Shown in pieces: positions 1-13,607 of a stretch of DNA of 64,000 nt; the first letter of the stretch is position 1; each line of letters begins with the position of its first letter. Below the pieces are notes generated by a model. It saw only the letters and a list, made by a program, of their open reading frames with translations. It was not told the origin of the DNA and made no database searches. The translations under genes and the position numbers were made by a program. Source of the stretch: Octopus vulgaris (taxonomy: Eukaryota); assembly GCA_951406725.2 (NCBI GenBank), contig OX597816.1:69936001-70000000 (forward strand), in the 5' to 3' direction.

Positions 1-14
1 TTTTTATTTTCTAT

Positions 15-111
<97 letters not shown>

Positions 112-1591
112 CATTTATTCGTTATTTTTTTTAATTTTCAAACGGAGTTTACTATGTATTAACCCTTATCTCACCTTAACCAACGACTTATATACACCTC
201 CAATTATAAAGGTTTATAAACATGCTTCATGAAAACTATTTATTATTTTTTATTTTTTATTTTCACTAATTCGAGTCCCGTAATCTAAATTTCATTTTTT
301 TTATTTTGTAAATCCTTTGAAACTGAATATATTGTATATTCACCCTTATCATATTCCCCCTAAATCTCCCTCATTGTACTTATTGATGTATCACTATGTA
401 TTAATTATCCATCTATGCCCTTTATTCCTTTAGCAAAACCTGTTATATTATAATTCTCCTGACCACTCTTTAATTAAATCTAAATTAATAATTTCTGCAT
501 TAACTACGCCTATTAGATTTTCTCTTCTTTTCCTTTTTCTGTTTCTTTTCTTTTTACTGTTTATATTATATATAAACTATGATGGATATTGATATAAATA
601 TTAAATTCAGAGTTATTTATGGCTATGATATTAAGACTATATTAAGTCTATGTAATGAAAAAAATTGAAAGAATAATTAAAATGTGATTCATAATAAAAA
701 ATGAAATATACGTGGTCTTATATTTAAACTTGTTTTCTGCAAATAAAGTTCTGTTTCGATGTGTATGTGTCTCTTCAGCCGATTAGAAAGGTCGAATCAC
801 GCTATGACCTCTAGTCAGGTAAGATAATTATAAATCAAACTAGAATAAACAAATGTGGCAAAAAACTTGAATAAACTGTCTTATGGCTTTACATCCGCTT
901 GTGCATGTGTTTGTGTGTGAGTATGTATGAGCGCTTGTGTGTGTGTATATGACTGTGCATGTGTGCCTCAGTTTCCTTAGAATACCCATGGGATTTACCC
1001 TCTTAATCGGGTTTTAGCGCTGCCTACAAATGGACACTGTACCATTTTCTTTCATACTCTCATAGATGTCTTCTGGTTGACCCTCGAAAACTTACATCAC
1101 TGCTTAAAAGTGAAAAACCACAAAATATGACTATGATTTTCAAGTGGCAAGCATATATCACGTTTTCGTCTGTATCAAAATAAGTTTCATTCCCCTTTTT
1201 CCCCAGTTACGAAATGTCCTACAGATATATTCCTTATATATACATACATACACATGCACACACACATATATATATATACATACAGATATATATGTATGTG
1301 TATGTATATATGTATATATATGTGTATGCGTGTGTGTGTCCGTGTGTGCGCGTCTATACACACACATGTATATATACATATACTTCAATATATATATATA
1401 CTTTAACATTTATAAATATATATATTAACGAATGCATATTCCTGTAAAACTAAAATAAGTATTCATATATGCATATTCCTATTTCATAAAAAAGTGTACA
1501 GAACATTTTCTCTTAGATTCATGAGTTTACATTCAAATATATGTGTGAATATACGAATATATCTGTGTATATATATATTAATATATATATG

Positions 1592-1623
<32 letters not shown>

Positions 1624-2349
1624 CATACATACATACATATATATATATATGTATGCATTCATATAGGCATATATATATATATATGCATTATATATGTATA
1701 TATATATATACATATATACGTACATATATGTATACATATATACATATATATGTACATACGACAATTTTTGTGTTTTTGTGTATGAACCTAATTTATAGCG
1801 CCTGTCTGTGCATTTATCTATATGACTCTATTTACATTACATACTTATTTATATATGCGCTCGTATTGAAAAAACTAAACTGGTTTCCATTGTTAGACGT
1901 CTTTATAGCTATTGCTAAGTATATTCCATTTTCTAGTCAGCTATATACACACATAAAACAGACACGCATAAATTGTCTGTATCCATATTTCTGCAGACAT
2001 CTATAATCTAATGTAAGTAGGCTGCTAACGTTATACTGATATTCACAACTTGATGTGTTTTTTTTTCCTCTCTACATATAATGTAACGAATTATGAGAGC
2101 AAACTATAATCTCTAGTAGCGCCGAATCTGCTCCTAGATTTCGATTCTGTATTGAAGGAAATCGTTTTAATCACAACTTTAATATCCCTGAGAAATGTAT
2201 GAAAATCGTATAATCATATTATCTGACTCTATATTCATGTGATCGGACTACTAAGTTTATATGTATGAGTTTGTATTATTGCGTATGCAACCATACGTAT
2301 ATATGTACATAGATTGCGTATATATATACATGCACAAATATATGCAAAT

Positions 2350-2730
2350 AGGCACAGGCATGGCTGTGTGGCTCAGAAACTTGCTTTGCAACGACGTGGT
2401 TACAGGTTCAGCCCTACTGTAGAGCACCTTTGTCAAGTGTTTTCTATTGTAAACCCAAGCCAATGAATCACTTGTGAGTGAATAATTCAAATAGAATCCA
2501 TGTGAAGTGTGTCAAAGATATATGAGTGTGTATGTATGTGTGTGTGTGCATGTGTGTCTTTGTCTGTCTGTCTGTGTATCTGTGTGCATGTGTGTATGTG
2601 TGTGTGATTCCGTGTGCTTCTGTTTTTACCCATCGCCACTTGAAAACAGAGGGGTTATTCTGCCGTCTAAAATCTGCAAAGCAGTGTTTCGGCATGGGTG
2701 CAGTCCAATGACTGTCACAAGTAAAACGGA
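2350..2730 (+). mobile_element. Diverged SINE family A copy (tRNA-like head, internal microsatellite)
   Basis: GGCACAGGCATGGCTGTGTGG head aligns with the copies at 36361, 38815 and 40488. Confidence 0.65.
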
Positions 2731-3884
2731 AAAGATTCTGATTTGTAATTTCAATCAGGCGAAGATAATATTATTAAATAATCTTCATGCTTTCTCAACC
2801 ATATTTGATGTTGCCATTGAATTGGTTCCCGAAATCTAAATCAAAATCTGACACGACATGCGGAGCAATGAGAGACTATTTTTGCTTCCTCATTTTACAT
2901 TAATCAGAAGTAATTTTTCCTCACACTATTCCTGTTACCTTTTAACGGACTTAGAATTCCAAATGATTCATATTTTCTAACTTCGTTTTTTTGTGTTATA
3001 TTGCTATGATTCATTATTATGGATGGCCAGCACTAACTCTTGTTGTACTTTGACGAATGTGTATTTATAATACACGCTATTTGTGCGTGGAGACTTTGAG
3101 ACACCCGATGTTTCGACATCGGTGTGTCTTCTCAGTCAAAGCTTCTCCAGCCTAATGAATTTAACAAGAAATTGTCCTTTGTTCATAAATTCAGCGATCG
3201 AAACATCGGCTAATGAGTGTTGATAACCTGTCAATCGATAATAAATTCTGATGTGTATGGTGGATCACCGTGCACCTGAAAATTTCCATCCAGAAATTTC
3301 TTTACCGAAATTTCCATCGAGAAAACAACTCCGTAGTAACATTACCTACGCGCTGGCTAACTAACTCCTCTGCACCTCTGAGACTTTCACGTGCATTTAC
3401 GTCAGGTCCATCACGTTAAACATGGCATGTATTACATGGTTAACATTATTCAGCCAATATACACTCGTGCGAAGACACTTCCTGGGATAGGTATATCGTC
3501 TTTATAAATACACGGTGAAAATGCGGGAATATGATTAATGATATCGGAGACATCTTCAAAATTAGTTACTGGAATATAATTTAGTTGCTTGAAATTAACG
3601 TTACTCTGCCCATTGAATCCAACCACATATTGTTAACTGCTTTTCTTCATTTTCTTCTGTGTATATACGTAACAACACTTATCAAGTTTTCATTATTTTG
3701 AACAGCTCTCGTTTAAAATATTGATATTATTAGGCGTCACCTTCATATATTTTTGTTTGTAAGCGTGTACATACAATACACGCACACACACAAACACACA
3801 CACACACACACAAACACACATACGCACACACATATATATATATTTATATATAACATATATATATATATATATATTATAGTGTAT

Positions 3885-4003
3885 ATCACGTGATCACGTG
3901 ACCGACCAGTCCATCAGATGTAGTTACACATCGCTGATCACAATGCGTTCGCATTGTTTTAGCCTTCGAATGACGCCACCCCGCTGGCTAAGCGAGCAGG
4001 CCA
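3885..4003 (-). mobile_element. 3' tail fragment of SINE family C
   Basis: Reverse complement of the tail at 17617-17735. Confidence 0.75.
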
Positions 4004-4753
4004 ATTATAATATTATTATAATGTATATATATATATATATAATGTATAGAAAGATAGAGAGAAAGATAGGGAAAAAGAAAGAGAGAGAAATACACACACA
4101 TATGTATATATACGTATACATATATTTATACGTTTACCCTCCCTCATCGTTTGTCATTCACTGATAGACGTTCGGTGGAACGTTGAAAATTTCATATAAA
4201 AAGTTTATTTTTTTCTATTTTTATCATGTTAAATTTTTTTTTTTAGTTTTCTTTTCTAAATTAAATTTTATATTGCTAACATCAAAATAAATGTTTTAAC
4301 ATATATATATATATATATTCAGTAGAAATACGCCATTCAATCTTAAATCAATATCTTACAGATTTTCCATTGTAGGTGTATACATTACAGTGCAGAAAAC
4401 GAAATTTCTAGAAGAAATCCAGTTGAAAAATCAGTAGTTTTCCTACATCAAAGAAAGTTTAAAATGAATATTGAATCCAAACAGTCTAAAATGAAATACG
4501 CTCGGACTTTGCACAACAGAAGATACACTTATAGAATATGATTTAATTTGAATAAATTATATTAGATGGATATGATTGGGAAAGATTTCGTCTGAGCTAC
4601 ACTTTTGACAACTAATTTAACAATTTCGATATTTTATGTTATTTTAATTGGAAAGCTGGAACACGAAAGAGAATTTAAATAGTTACATTATTAATTAAAT
4701 ATATATTTTATATTTCACACAGTCTTACTCCTTCATATTTCCCTATCCCTCTC

Positions 4754-4791
<38 letters not shown>

Positions 4792-4838
4792 CAGTCACAG
4801 AAATACAAAAATATATATTTACACACATAAATGAATAC

Positions 4839-4874
<36 letters not shown>

Positions 4875-5283
4875 GTGTGTGTGTGTGTGTGTGTGTTATT
4901 ATTATTATTTTTTTTTTGAGGGAATAAAATCCAAACTTACAAGGAAAAAGAATTCAATTTAGAAATACCAAATCAAATTCCACACAATATAATATATATA
5001 AAATATTAGAAAAAAGCCACCTTTTATGAATTCAAAATGAATAATTAAATTACACCATCTAGAAAATTACATATAATAGAAAAGTTGAAATTAAAATAAC
5101 AATAAAAAGTAAAGATTAAGTAAATTACAAAAATAATATAATGTATATAATATATATACATGTGTGAGTGTCTGTGTGCACTTTATGCTCTTACACAAAA
5201 GCTCATACACATGTATGTATGTATATATATATAAATTTATATACATGTATATATATATATATGTATATATGTATATATATGTA

Positions 5284-5346
<63 letters not shown>

Positions 5347-6189
5347 GAAAAAAGGTTTGAAAATGCAATTTAAACGATGTTTATTTACTTAACCGGTTTC
5401 ACTCTTTGGTAAAAGATTGTCAAAAGTAACATTGAATATTATGGGTTCAAAAAAAGTTTTTTACATAATTGTCACATTGAATATTATGAATTCAAAAATG
5501 TTTTTTTATACATAATTGTCACATTACATGTATAAATATAGTATAAAAAAGTTCAATAGTGTGATGAGAATATTTGGAAAAATTGGCAGAAAAGAATAAA
5601 ACAAATATATTATTGGAAATTTGGTTGCGTTAATTATTGGTTGTCGCAAATTGTCACATTACATGTATATATATACAGTCTTTGGTAGAAAGGACATGTT
5701 AAAGACATAAGGAAGTGTAATAGTTTGGTGAGAAAGCTTGTAATATTGACAGAGAAAATTAAAATGGATATTTTAGACATCTCAGAATATTTTGAATCGA
5801 AGGCGAGAATTTGTTTTTTACTGACCTGTTTGTTTTAGCAGAAAAGTTGAATTGAGAGAAAAAAAGATATGTACCCAGTTTGGTTTATACTTCCCCTTCA
5901 AGCATCAGTGATTTTGGGGTTATTGGGAGGTGAGTATGCGGGTGTGAATAGATGTGTCCGTGTGCCTGCTGGTCAGACAGCGTCTGTTTGTCACACACAT
6001 ATATACACACACACACAACAACAATACACACACACACATAGTATACAAACACACACCACATACACACAACACACACACACAGAACACACACACACACAAC
6101 GCACCCACATATATAATATATACACACAGCACACAAATATAACATGTATTTATATATAATATACACACATATATAACACATACTCACAC

Positions 6190-6220
<31 letters not shown>

Positions 6221-7424
6221 CACACGCACACATATATACATAATATAAATATCACATACAATACACATACACAGCATGTATATAATACACATACACAATA
6301 TATGCATGCAATATACATACGCAATACATACATATAATATATATATATATAGACAATGCATATACATATATACATATATACATATAAATAGTGTTTACAT
6401 ACACATACATAGATATACCACATATACACACAATATACATACATACAATGCATACACATACACGTACGCATACATATAATATATATAGACACACACACAC
6501 ATAACATACATACACAATGCATATATATATATACACGCAACGTATATACATGTATTCATGTATATATAGCACACCTACAATATACATATATACAATGCAC
6601 ACATACACACATATATACACTTAATTGTACACATACATATACAATACACATACATACAATATACATATACACAATGCGCATGCAAATAATGCACATGTTT
6701 ATACACACATATACATGAAAATATATATACACACACACATATATATATATACACATATATATATATATATACATATACATACATACATACATGCACATAC
6801 ATATATTTTTTCACACACATACACACACATATATATATAAAATTCACACACACACCCACACACACAAAATACAAACCTATTGCGTACACACTCAAATATA
6901 TCTCTACATACCGCACACACACACAAACAATGTACTCACATATACACACATACCATGCATATACACACACAACACACACACATATATATATATATAAAAA
7001 CAAATACACATGTAAATACATACACACGTACACAATGCTGACACACACACACACACATACACACACACACGCACACAGTGCACACACACACACACATATA
7101 TACACACGTGCACACACACACACAACGCGCGCACACACACACACATACACACACGCACACAGTGCACACACACACACACATACATATACACACGCGCACA
7201 CACACACACAACGTGCACACTCACACACACACACACAACACTCACACACATACATAACCTACATATATATAATGCATGCGTGTGCGTGCCACGTATGTGT
7301 GCGGTCAGTGCCCGCTAGTGTGTCCTATGCGTGCCGATGCGCGCATGTGCCCGCCCGCACGATATGCTGTGAGTGTGCGCGTGCCCCTGTGTGCCTTGCT
7401 CTGGATGTGTGCCCAGGGGGTATG

Positions 7425-8150
7425 TTAGAGTATGTTTAGTTGTGGTCTGTATTTTTGAATAAGATTACTTTCCTTATTTATTCGTGTTTGGTCTGTGGTG
7501 TTGTCCGAGCATTGGTATAGTGGGAAGACTAAGAATTTGGGGGACTTATTGTGTGCACAAAGGTCTAAGTGTCCACTTAGTGGTATCTGTCTTGTGGAGG
7601 GGTCCCTCAGTTGTTGTCGGTGAACTGTCATTCTTTCTCTGAGGGTAAGGCTCGTTTGCCCTATGTAGTCTTCGTGGCATCCTTCACACCTTATGACGTA
7701 GAGTAAATTTTTTGATGCGCACGTGAAATTATTTTTTATGATGAATGTGTGTCCCGAGTGGAACTTGTACGACGATCCCTCAATGAGGTGGATGCAGGTC
7801 TTGCAATTGGGGCGACCACATTTTTTGATGGTGGGCGGTGGGTTTGTGTTGTGTAATTTTGCGTTGGTGAGGAGGTTTTTTAGGGATTTAGGTTGTCTCT
7901 TACTTTTTATTATTTTATGAGCTGCCAGTATTTTTTTCAGGCGTGGGTCTTGATTTAGTTGTGGAATGTTGTTGTATATAATAGTGTAAGCTTCTGCATT
8001 CCTTGGGTTGTGTGTTGAGAGATAGGGGAGGCTATTTACTGTACTGTGGATGTGTTTGGGTTTTCGTAGGTCTTGAATGTTGATTGATTTGGCCCGTTCT
8101 ATTCCGTTGTCTACTAGTGATGCCGGGTAATGTCTTTCGAGAAGAATTTT
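7425..8150 (-). CDS. 5'-truncated PLE ORF: RT thumb/linker, Cys-rich linker and GIY-YIG endonuclease (~240 codons, no start codon)
   Basis: Manual in-frame extension of ORF 7425-7631 has no stop: ...LLERHYPASLVDNGIERAK...LPYLSTHNP...KRQPKSLKNLLTNAKL...KCGRPNCKTC...FTCASKNLLYVIRCEGCHEDYIGQTSLTLRERMTVHR...KESNLIQKYRPQLNIL*. Contains LLY-YIG motifs, catalytic R, E and terminal LN. Confidence 0.92.
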   Translation of the reverse strand, partial: KILLERHYPASLVDNGIERAKSINIQDLRKPKHIHSTVNSLPYLSTHNPRNAEAYTIIYNNIPQLNQDPRLKKILAAHKIIKSKRQPKSLKNLLTNAKLHNTNPPPTIKKCGRPNCKTCIHLIEGSSYKFHSGHTFIIKNNFTCASKNLLYVIRCEGCHEDYIGQTSLTLRERMTVHRQQLRDPSTRQIPLSGHLDLCAHNKSPKFLVFPLYQCSDNTTDQTRINKESNLIQKYRPQLNIL

Positions 8151-8805
8151 TGTGTGTGTGGGTGTGTGTGTGAATTTTATATATATATGTGTGTGTATGT
8201 GTGTGAAAAAATATATGTATGTGCATGTATGTATGTATATGTATATATATATATATATGTGTATATATATATATGTGTGTGTGTATATATATTTTCATGT
8301 ATATGTGTGTATAGACATGTGCATTATTTGCATGCGCATTGTGTATATGTATATTGTATGTATGTGTATTGTATATGTATGTGTACAATTAAGTGTATAT
8401 ATGTGTGTATGTGTGCATTGTATATATGTATATTGTAGGTGTGCTATATATACATGAATACATGTATATACGTTGCGTGTATATATATATATGCATTGTG
8501 TATGTATGTTATGTGTGTGTGTGTCTATATATATTATATGTATGCGTACGTGTATGTGTATGCATTGTATGTATGTATATTGTGTGTATATGTGGTATAT
8601 CTATGTATGTGTATGTAAACACTATTTATATGTATATATGTATATATGTATATGCATTGTCTATATATATATATATTATATGTATGTATTGCGTATGTAT
8701 ATTGCATGCATATATTGTGTATGTGTATTATATACATGCTGTGTATGTGTATTGTATGTAGGTGTATTTGTTGATATTTATATTATGTATATATGTGTGC
8801 GTGTG

Positions 8806-8842
<37 letters not shown>

Positions 8843-9590
8843 TATGTGTTATATATGTGTGTATATTATATATAAATACATGTTATATTTGTGTGCTGTG
8901 TGTATATATTATATATGTGGGTGCGTTGTGTGTGTGTGTGTTCTGTGTGTGTGTGTTGTGTGTATGTGGTGTGTGTTTGTATACTATGTGTGTGTGTATT
9001 GTGTGTGTGTGTGTGTATATATGTGTGTGACAAACAGACGCTGTCTGACTAGCAGGCACACGGACACATCTATTCACACCCGCATACTCACCTCCCAATA
9101 ACCCCAAAATCACTGATGCTTGAAGGGGAAGTATAAACCAAACTGGGTACATATCTTTTTTTCTCTCAATTCAACTTTTCTGCTAAAACAAACAGGTCAG
9201 TAAAAAACAAATTCTCGCCTTCGATTCAAAATATTCTGAGATGTCTAAAATATCCATTTTAATTTTCTCTGTCAATATTACAAGCTTTCTCACCAAACTA
9301 TTACACTTCCTTATGTCTTTAACATGTCCTTTCTACCAAAGACTGTATATATATACATGTAATGTGACAATTTGCGACAACCAATAATTAACGCAACCAA
9401 ATTTCCAATAATATATTTGTTTTATTCTTTTCTGCCAATTTTTCCAAATATTCTCATCACACTATTGAACTTTTTTATACTATATTTATACATGTAATGT
9501 GACAATTATGTATAAAAAAACATTTTTGAATTCATAATATTCAATGTGACAATTATGTAAAAAACTTTTTTGAACCCATAATATTCAATG

Positions 9591-9635
9591 TTACTTTTGA
9601 CAATCTTTTACCAAAGAGTGAAACCGGTTAAGTAA
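9591..9635 (+). ncRNA. Minimal type I hammerhead-like motif, U3-A8 core variant (mirror copy 5385-5429, minus)
   Basis: TTACTT-TTGACAA-TCTTT(TACC)AAAGA-GT-GAAA-CCGG-T-T-AAGTAA: 6-bp stem I, 5-bp stem II, palindromic stem III, followed by AATAAA. Confidence 0.65.
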
Positions 9636-9752
9636 ATAAACATCGTTTAAATTGCATTTTCAAACCTTTTTTCATATATAATCCCACTTGTGCGATACCC
9701 CACAACTCAACTTTTTTTTATATATATATATGTATATATGTATATATATGTA

Positions 9753-9802
<50 letters not shown>

Positions 9803-10190
9803 TTAGTGAATTGAAGAAATGGAGTTGAACGAAGATTGAACAGAAATCGTTTTATTGCATTCTACACGTGTTTCGAAAGCCACAATTTACCAAATTCCGA
9901 TTGAATAAGGAGACCATATTGTGTCTTTCTCTTCAGGAAGAAATAGGAATTCCGTTGGCAAAAACAAAAACAGAACAGAGGCGCAGCAAAACAAATCGAA
10001 CGAGGCTCCTAAGAGCCCATGGCCAAACTGTTTATCAATGTATGTTGAAATCGGGTGGTGGGTGCGTTGAAGATTTTAACAGGTCAGGCAGCGGTCATTC
10101 CGGTGGGTGAGAGCACGGGGTGCGTAGATGTTCTTTGTGACCGAGACTAAAGTTCTGACTATTTAAAGAATATTAGGTGTATTATATGGG

Positions 10191-10388
10191 ACTTTTTCAA
10201 GCTACAGGCTGGAATGGTCAATTTTGTCGGTGGCCCTCCCATTTGATAGGGGCAGAAGGAAGTGCAACCTTTGTGTCTCCGAGCTCTTCCATATATTGTT
10301 CGCCAGAGACCGGATGGTAAACGGACTTTTACAGTCGGCTTTTCGATGCCCCCATTGGCGGCGTTATACTTATTTTGCTTATAAATAA
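10191..10388 (+). pseudogene. C-terminal fragment of a PLE GIY-YIG endonuclease
   Basis: Manual translation TFSSYRLEWSILSVALPFDRGRRKCNLCVSELFHILFARDRMVNGLLQSAFRCPHWRRYTYFAYK*; W-x-I...CxxCxxE...N...CxH pattern seen in invertebrate PLE endonuclease tails. Confidence 0.75.
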
Positions 10389-11063
10389 CGCTTATAAATA
10401 ATACCTGCACCCGGTTACACTACTTATATGAAAATAGCCCTTGGAAATAAATTTTGAAAAAGCTTTTAAGAGAAATATGATTAACCATTGCAAGGGGAAT
10501 TACTTCCAGGAGACGAATGGTGTTTTGTTTTGACGACGGGGGTTTTTTTTTGACAAAGCATGATTAGACGAACACACGCACACATAAAATATTTTTCTGC
10601 CGCCTGACGGATTTTTCAGCAGTGACCATTGTGTAGGGCTGTTTACCAACTGACGGCCGCGCGATTAAACGCACATACGAACACATAAAATATTTTCTAC
10701 CCCCTGACGGATATCTCAGCAGTGACCAGTGTGTAGCGCTTCTTACCAACTTGCGGCCGCGCACATATAGAACAGTACACACACACATGTTTCTAAGTAG
10801 ATTTTTGCTCGCCCCATATAATACACCTAATATTCTTTAAATAGTCAGAACTTTAGTCTCGGTCACAAAGAACATCTACGCACCCCGTGCTCTCACCCAC
10901 CGGAATGACCGCTGCCTGACCTGTTAAAATCTTCAACGCACCCACCACCCGATTTCAACATACATTGATAAACAGTTTGGCCATGGGCTCTTAGGAGCCT
11001 CGTTCGATTTGTTTTGCTCCGCCTCTGTTCTGTTTTTGTTTTTTCCAACGGATTTCCTATTTC

Positions 11064-11143
11064 TTCCTGAAGAGAAAGACACAATATGGTCTCCTTATTC
11101 AATCGGAATTTGGTAAATTGTGGCTTTCGAAACACGTGTAGAA
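11064..11143 (+). ncRNA. Type I hammerhead ribozyme motif, canonical core, long stem II (mirror copy 9860-9939, minus)
   Basis: TTC-CTGAAGA-GAAAGACACAAT...ATTGTGGCTTTC-GAAA-CACGTG-TA-GAA; predicted cleavage after GUA (11140); AATAAA at 11147. Confidence 0.8.
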
Positions 11144-11354
11144 TGCAATAAAACGATTTCTGTTCAATCTTCGTTCAACTCCATTTCTTCAATTCACTAA
11201 TAATATTAAAATTCAATTATCCGCACCAACGCATGGTTGCAACATCATATGGTTGTACCTCCAACCGTGCTGTCTTCTGCTGTGATTTTTGCTACCAAGG
11301 TATCGGTTAAACTTTTGATTAATCTGCAACAAGATTATTCATCTTTCTATTTCA

Positions 11355-11654
<300 letters not shown>

Positions 11655-13019
11655 GTGTGTGTGTATCATTTGCAATATCGTTATATTTATATTCCTTTTT
11701 AACAAAGCACAATCTTAGAAATACATGGGAAAGCAGGTAATCATTGTAATCGACTCACTACTTGACTGTAACTACTATTACAGGATTTTACCATGAAATG
11801 GAAAGTGGACATAGACATTATTTGAAAGTGTATACTTAGAAGAAATAGCGCAATGTTCGTTATCCAACGCCCTGACAATTCTACCAATCTTAAGTGTTTA
11901 TGTAGGCGCAACACCTGAAAATTCATGAGGAAGGGTTTGCCAATAAATTCAATTCCAATTCTAGTTGGGGACCTTCTTTTATTGATCACACCAAGTGAAA
12001 AGTAAGTTTGATTTCGCAGGAATTCTAAACAAGAATTGCACGGCATTTTGAGTGAAGTTCTACCGATTTCACGGCAATAATTCTTTCTAATTTTAGCCTA
12101 TGACCAATAGTTTTGTGAGAGCCAGTCGACTATATCGGCCCCAGCAAATCTCTAGTACTTTATTTTATCGTTCCATACAAGACGAAAGGCAAAGTCGATC
12201 ACGGTTTTATGATAATAATAATTTCTACTAAAGGCACAACGCATGATATTTTTATGGGAGTGGGCGGAGGCAAGTCGATTACGTCGGTTGATTCTTCAAT
12301 TTTCGACCCCGTACAACAGAAAGTTAAAAGTGGCCCCTGCAGAGATTGAAGAACGTAAAGAGTCGCAACAAAGCTGCCAGACATTTTGTCCAACGCAGTA
12401 TCGATGCTAGAAGACGAAGAAGAAGAAGAAGAAGAAGAAGAAGAAGAAGAAGAAGAAGAAGAAGAAGAAGAAGAAGAAGAAGAAGGAGAAGGAGGAGGAG
12501 GAGGAAAAGGAGAAGAAGAAGAAAAGAAGAAGAACAACAACAACAAGAAAAAGAAGAAGATTGGAAGACTCATAAAAATAAAAGATTAAAAAAATACAAA
12601 AATGTTTCTTTTCGCAAGTGATAAATTTCAAAGTAGAAACAGACTACGATGAAATAATAAACTAAGATAACAGGACAGAAATGGCTGAAAAAAAAACTGG
12701 AAATAAAACTATAACACGTTTCAAGAAAAAATGAAAAGAAATACAACTCCACGGAAAATACTCTGCATAGTGCGATAGAGAGGATGTAAACCAAAGCTGT
12801 CAGGAATGGCTTAAATGCAGGAAAAGAGAGAGATATCCTCGCTGCATACAACAATAAGAAAATAATAAAAACGGATCCTAACACCATATGTAAAATACGA
12901 AACCAATATGATGAGACAACTGACCACATCATTTCGGTTTACTTAGACCTCAAATCTGAATATACACAACGGTATGATCGCGTTGGTAGCAACACTTACT
13001 GGGCAATATACAAATGTAT

Positions 13020-13397
13020 GGTAGCGAGCTGGTAGAAACGTTAGCACGCCGGGTGAAATGCGTAGCCGTATTTCGTCTGCAGTTACGTTCTGAGTTCAAA
13101 TTCCGCCGAGGTTGACTTTGCCTTTCATCCTATCGGGGTCGATTAAATAGGTACTAGTTATGCACTGGGGTCAATATAATCGACTTAATCCGTTTGTCTG
13201 TCCTTGTTTGTCCCCTCTATGTGTAGCCCCTTGTGGGCAGTAAAGAAATAGGTATTTCGTCTGCCGTGACGTTCTGAGTTCAAATTCCACCGAGGTCGTC
13301 TTTACCTTTCATCCGTTCGGGGTAGATTAAATAAGTACTCAATCCCTTTGTTCGTCCCCTCTATATTTTGACTCCTGTGGGCAAAAAAGAAATAAAT
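13020..13397 (+). mobile_element. SINE family B (tRNA-like head, Deu/Nin-like core), dimeric
   Basis: B-box-like GAGTTCAAATTCC, core GCCTTTCATCCT.TCGGGGTCGAT.AAAT..GTAC; second unit restarts at ~13251. Confidence 0.85.
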
Positions 13398-13607
13398 ATA
13401 CATATATACAGTTGTTAAAGCAAAGAACAAAAAATGGTACAAGCATAAGCCGAACACAGTACTTTACAACTACCAAGCTAAGCTGGGGTAAGGCGCTTTA
13501 CATTCCGAAAGACATCAAGGCGAACATTGAAGTCATAATAAGAGAAAAAAGACAAGAAAATAAACACATACAAACTGATGAACGTCGCAATCATTTCTGA
13601 TGAAAAT

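Larger units (their letters stand above)
5343..9720 (-). mobile_element. Penelope-like retroelement (Neptune-like), 5'-truncated, with an inverted copy of its 3' end: arms 5343-6869 and 8148-9677, extra tail 9678-9720
   Basis: The two ~1.5 kb arms are near-identical reverse complements. The spacer holds the GIY-YIG frame. (TA)n flanks both sides. An inverted 3' duplication with a short tail on one copy is typical PLE architecture. Confidence 0.9.

Noticed and set aside
745-830. Minus-strand CTGAAGA...GAAAC hammerhead-like string
   Set aside because: No UH site and no convincing stem I or II; at best a decayed copy.
3095-3215. Small hairpin and CTAATGA...GAAACATC motif
   Set aside because: Core is broken and stems are weak; could be an old PLE end but is not supportable.
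1144-9152. Many YI/CV/HT-rich ORFs here and throughout the window
   Set aside because: They are translations of dinucleotide repeats, open on both strands, with no domain signal.
10475-10540. Possible SECIS in the second PLE's 3'UTR
   Set aside because: ATGA and a stem are present, but the 3' GA of the quartet is not in register and the fragment has no in-frame TGA.
9868-11135. Pair of near-identical 80-aa ORFs
   Set aside because: They are antisense to the PLE 3'UTR and hammerhead and are duplicated only because of the inverted repeat.
5343-11208. Reading the large inverted repeats as DNA-transposon TIRs
   Set aside because: The spacers encode truncated GIY-YIG domains continuous with one arm, tails are asymmetric, and there is no transposase.
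11905-12007. AG...GTAAGT-bounded candidate exon
   Set aside because: Stops in all three frames and no recognisable product.
12414-12560. Poly-Glu/Arg/Ser ORFs
   Set aside because: (GAA)n microsatellite.
13020-13110. tRNA gene calls at SINE heads
   Set aside because: A/B-box-like motifs only, no full cloverleaf, and they continue into SINE bodies.
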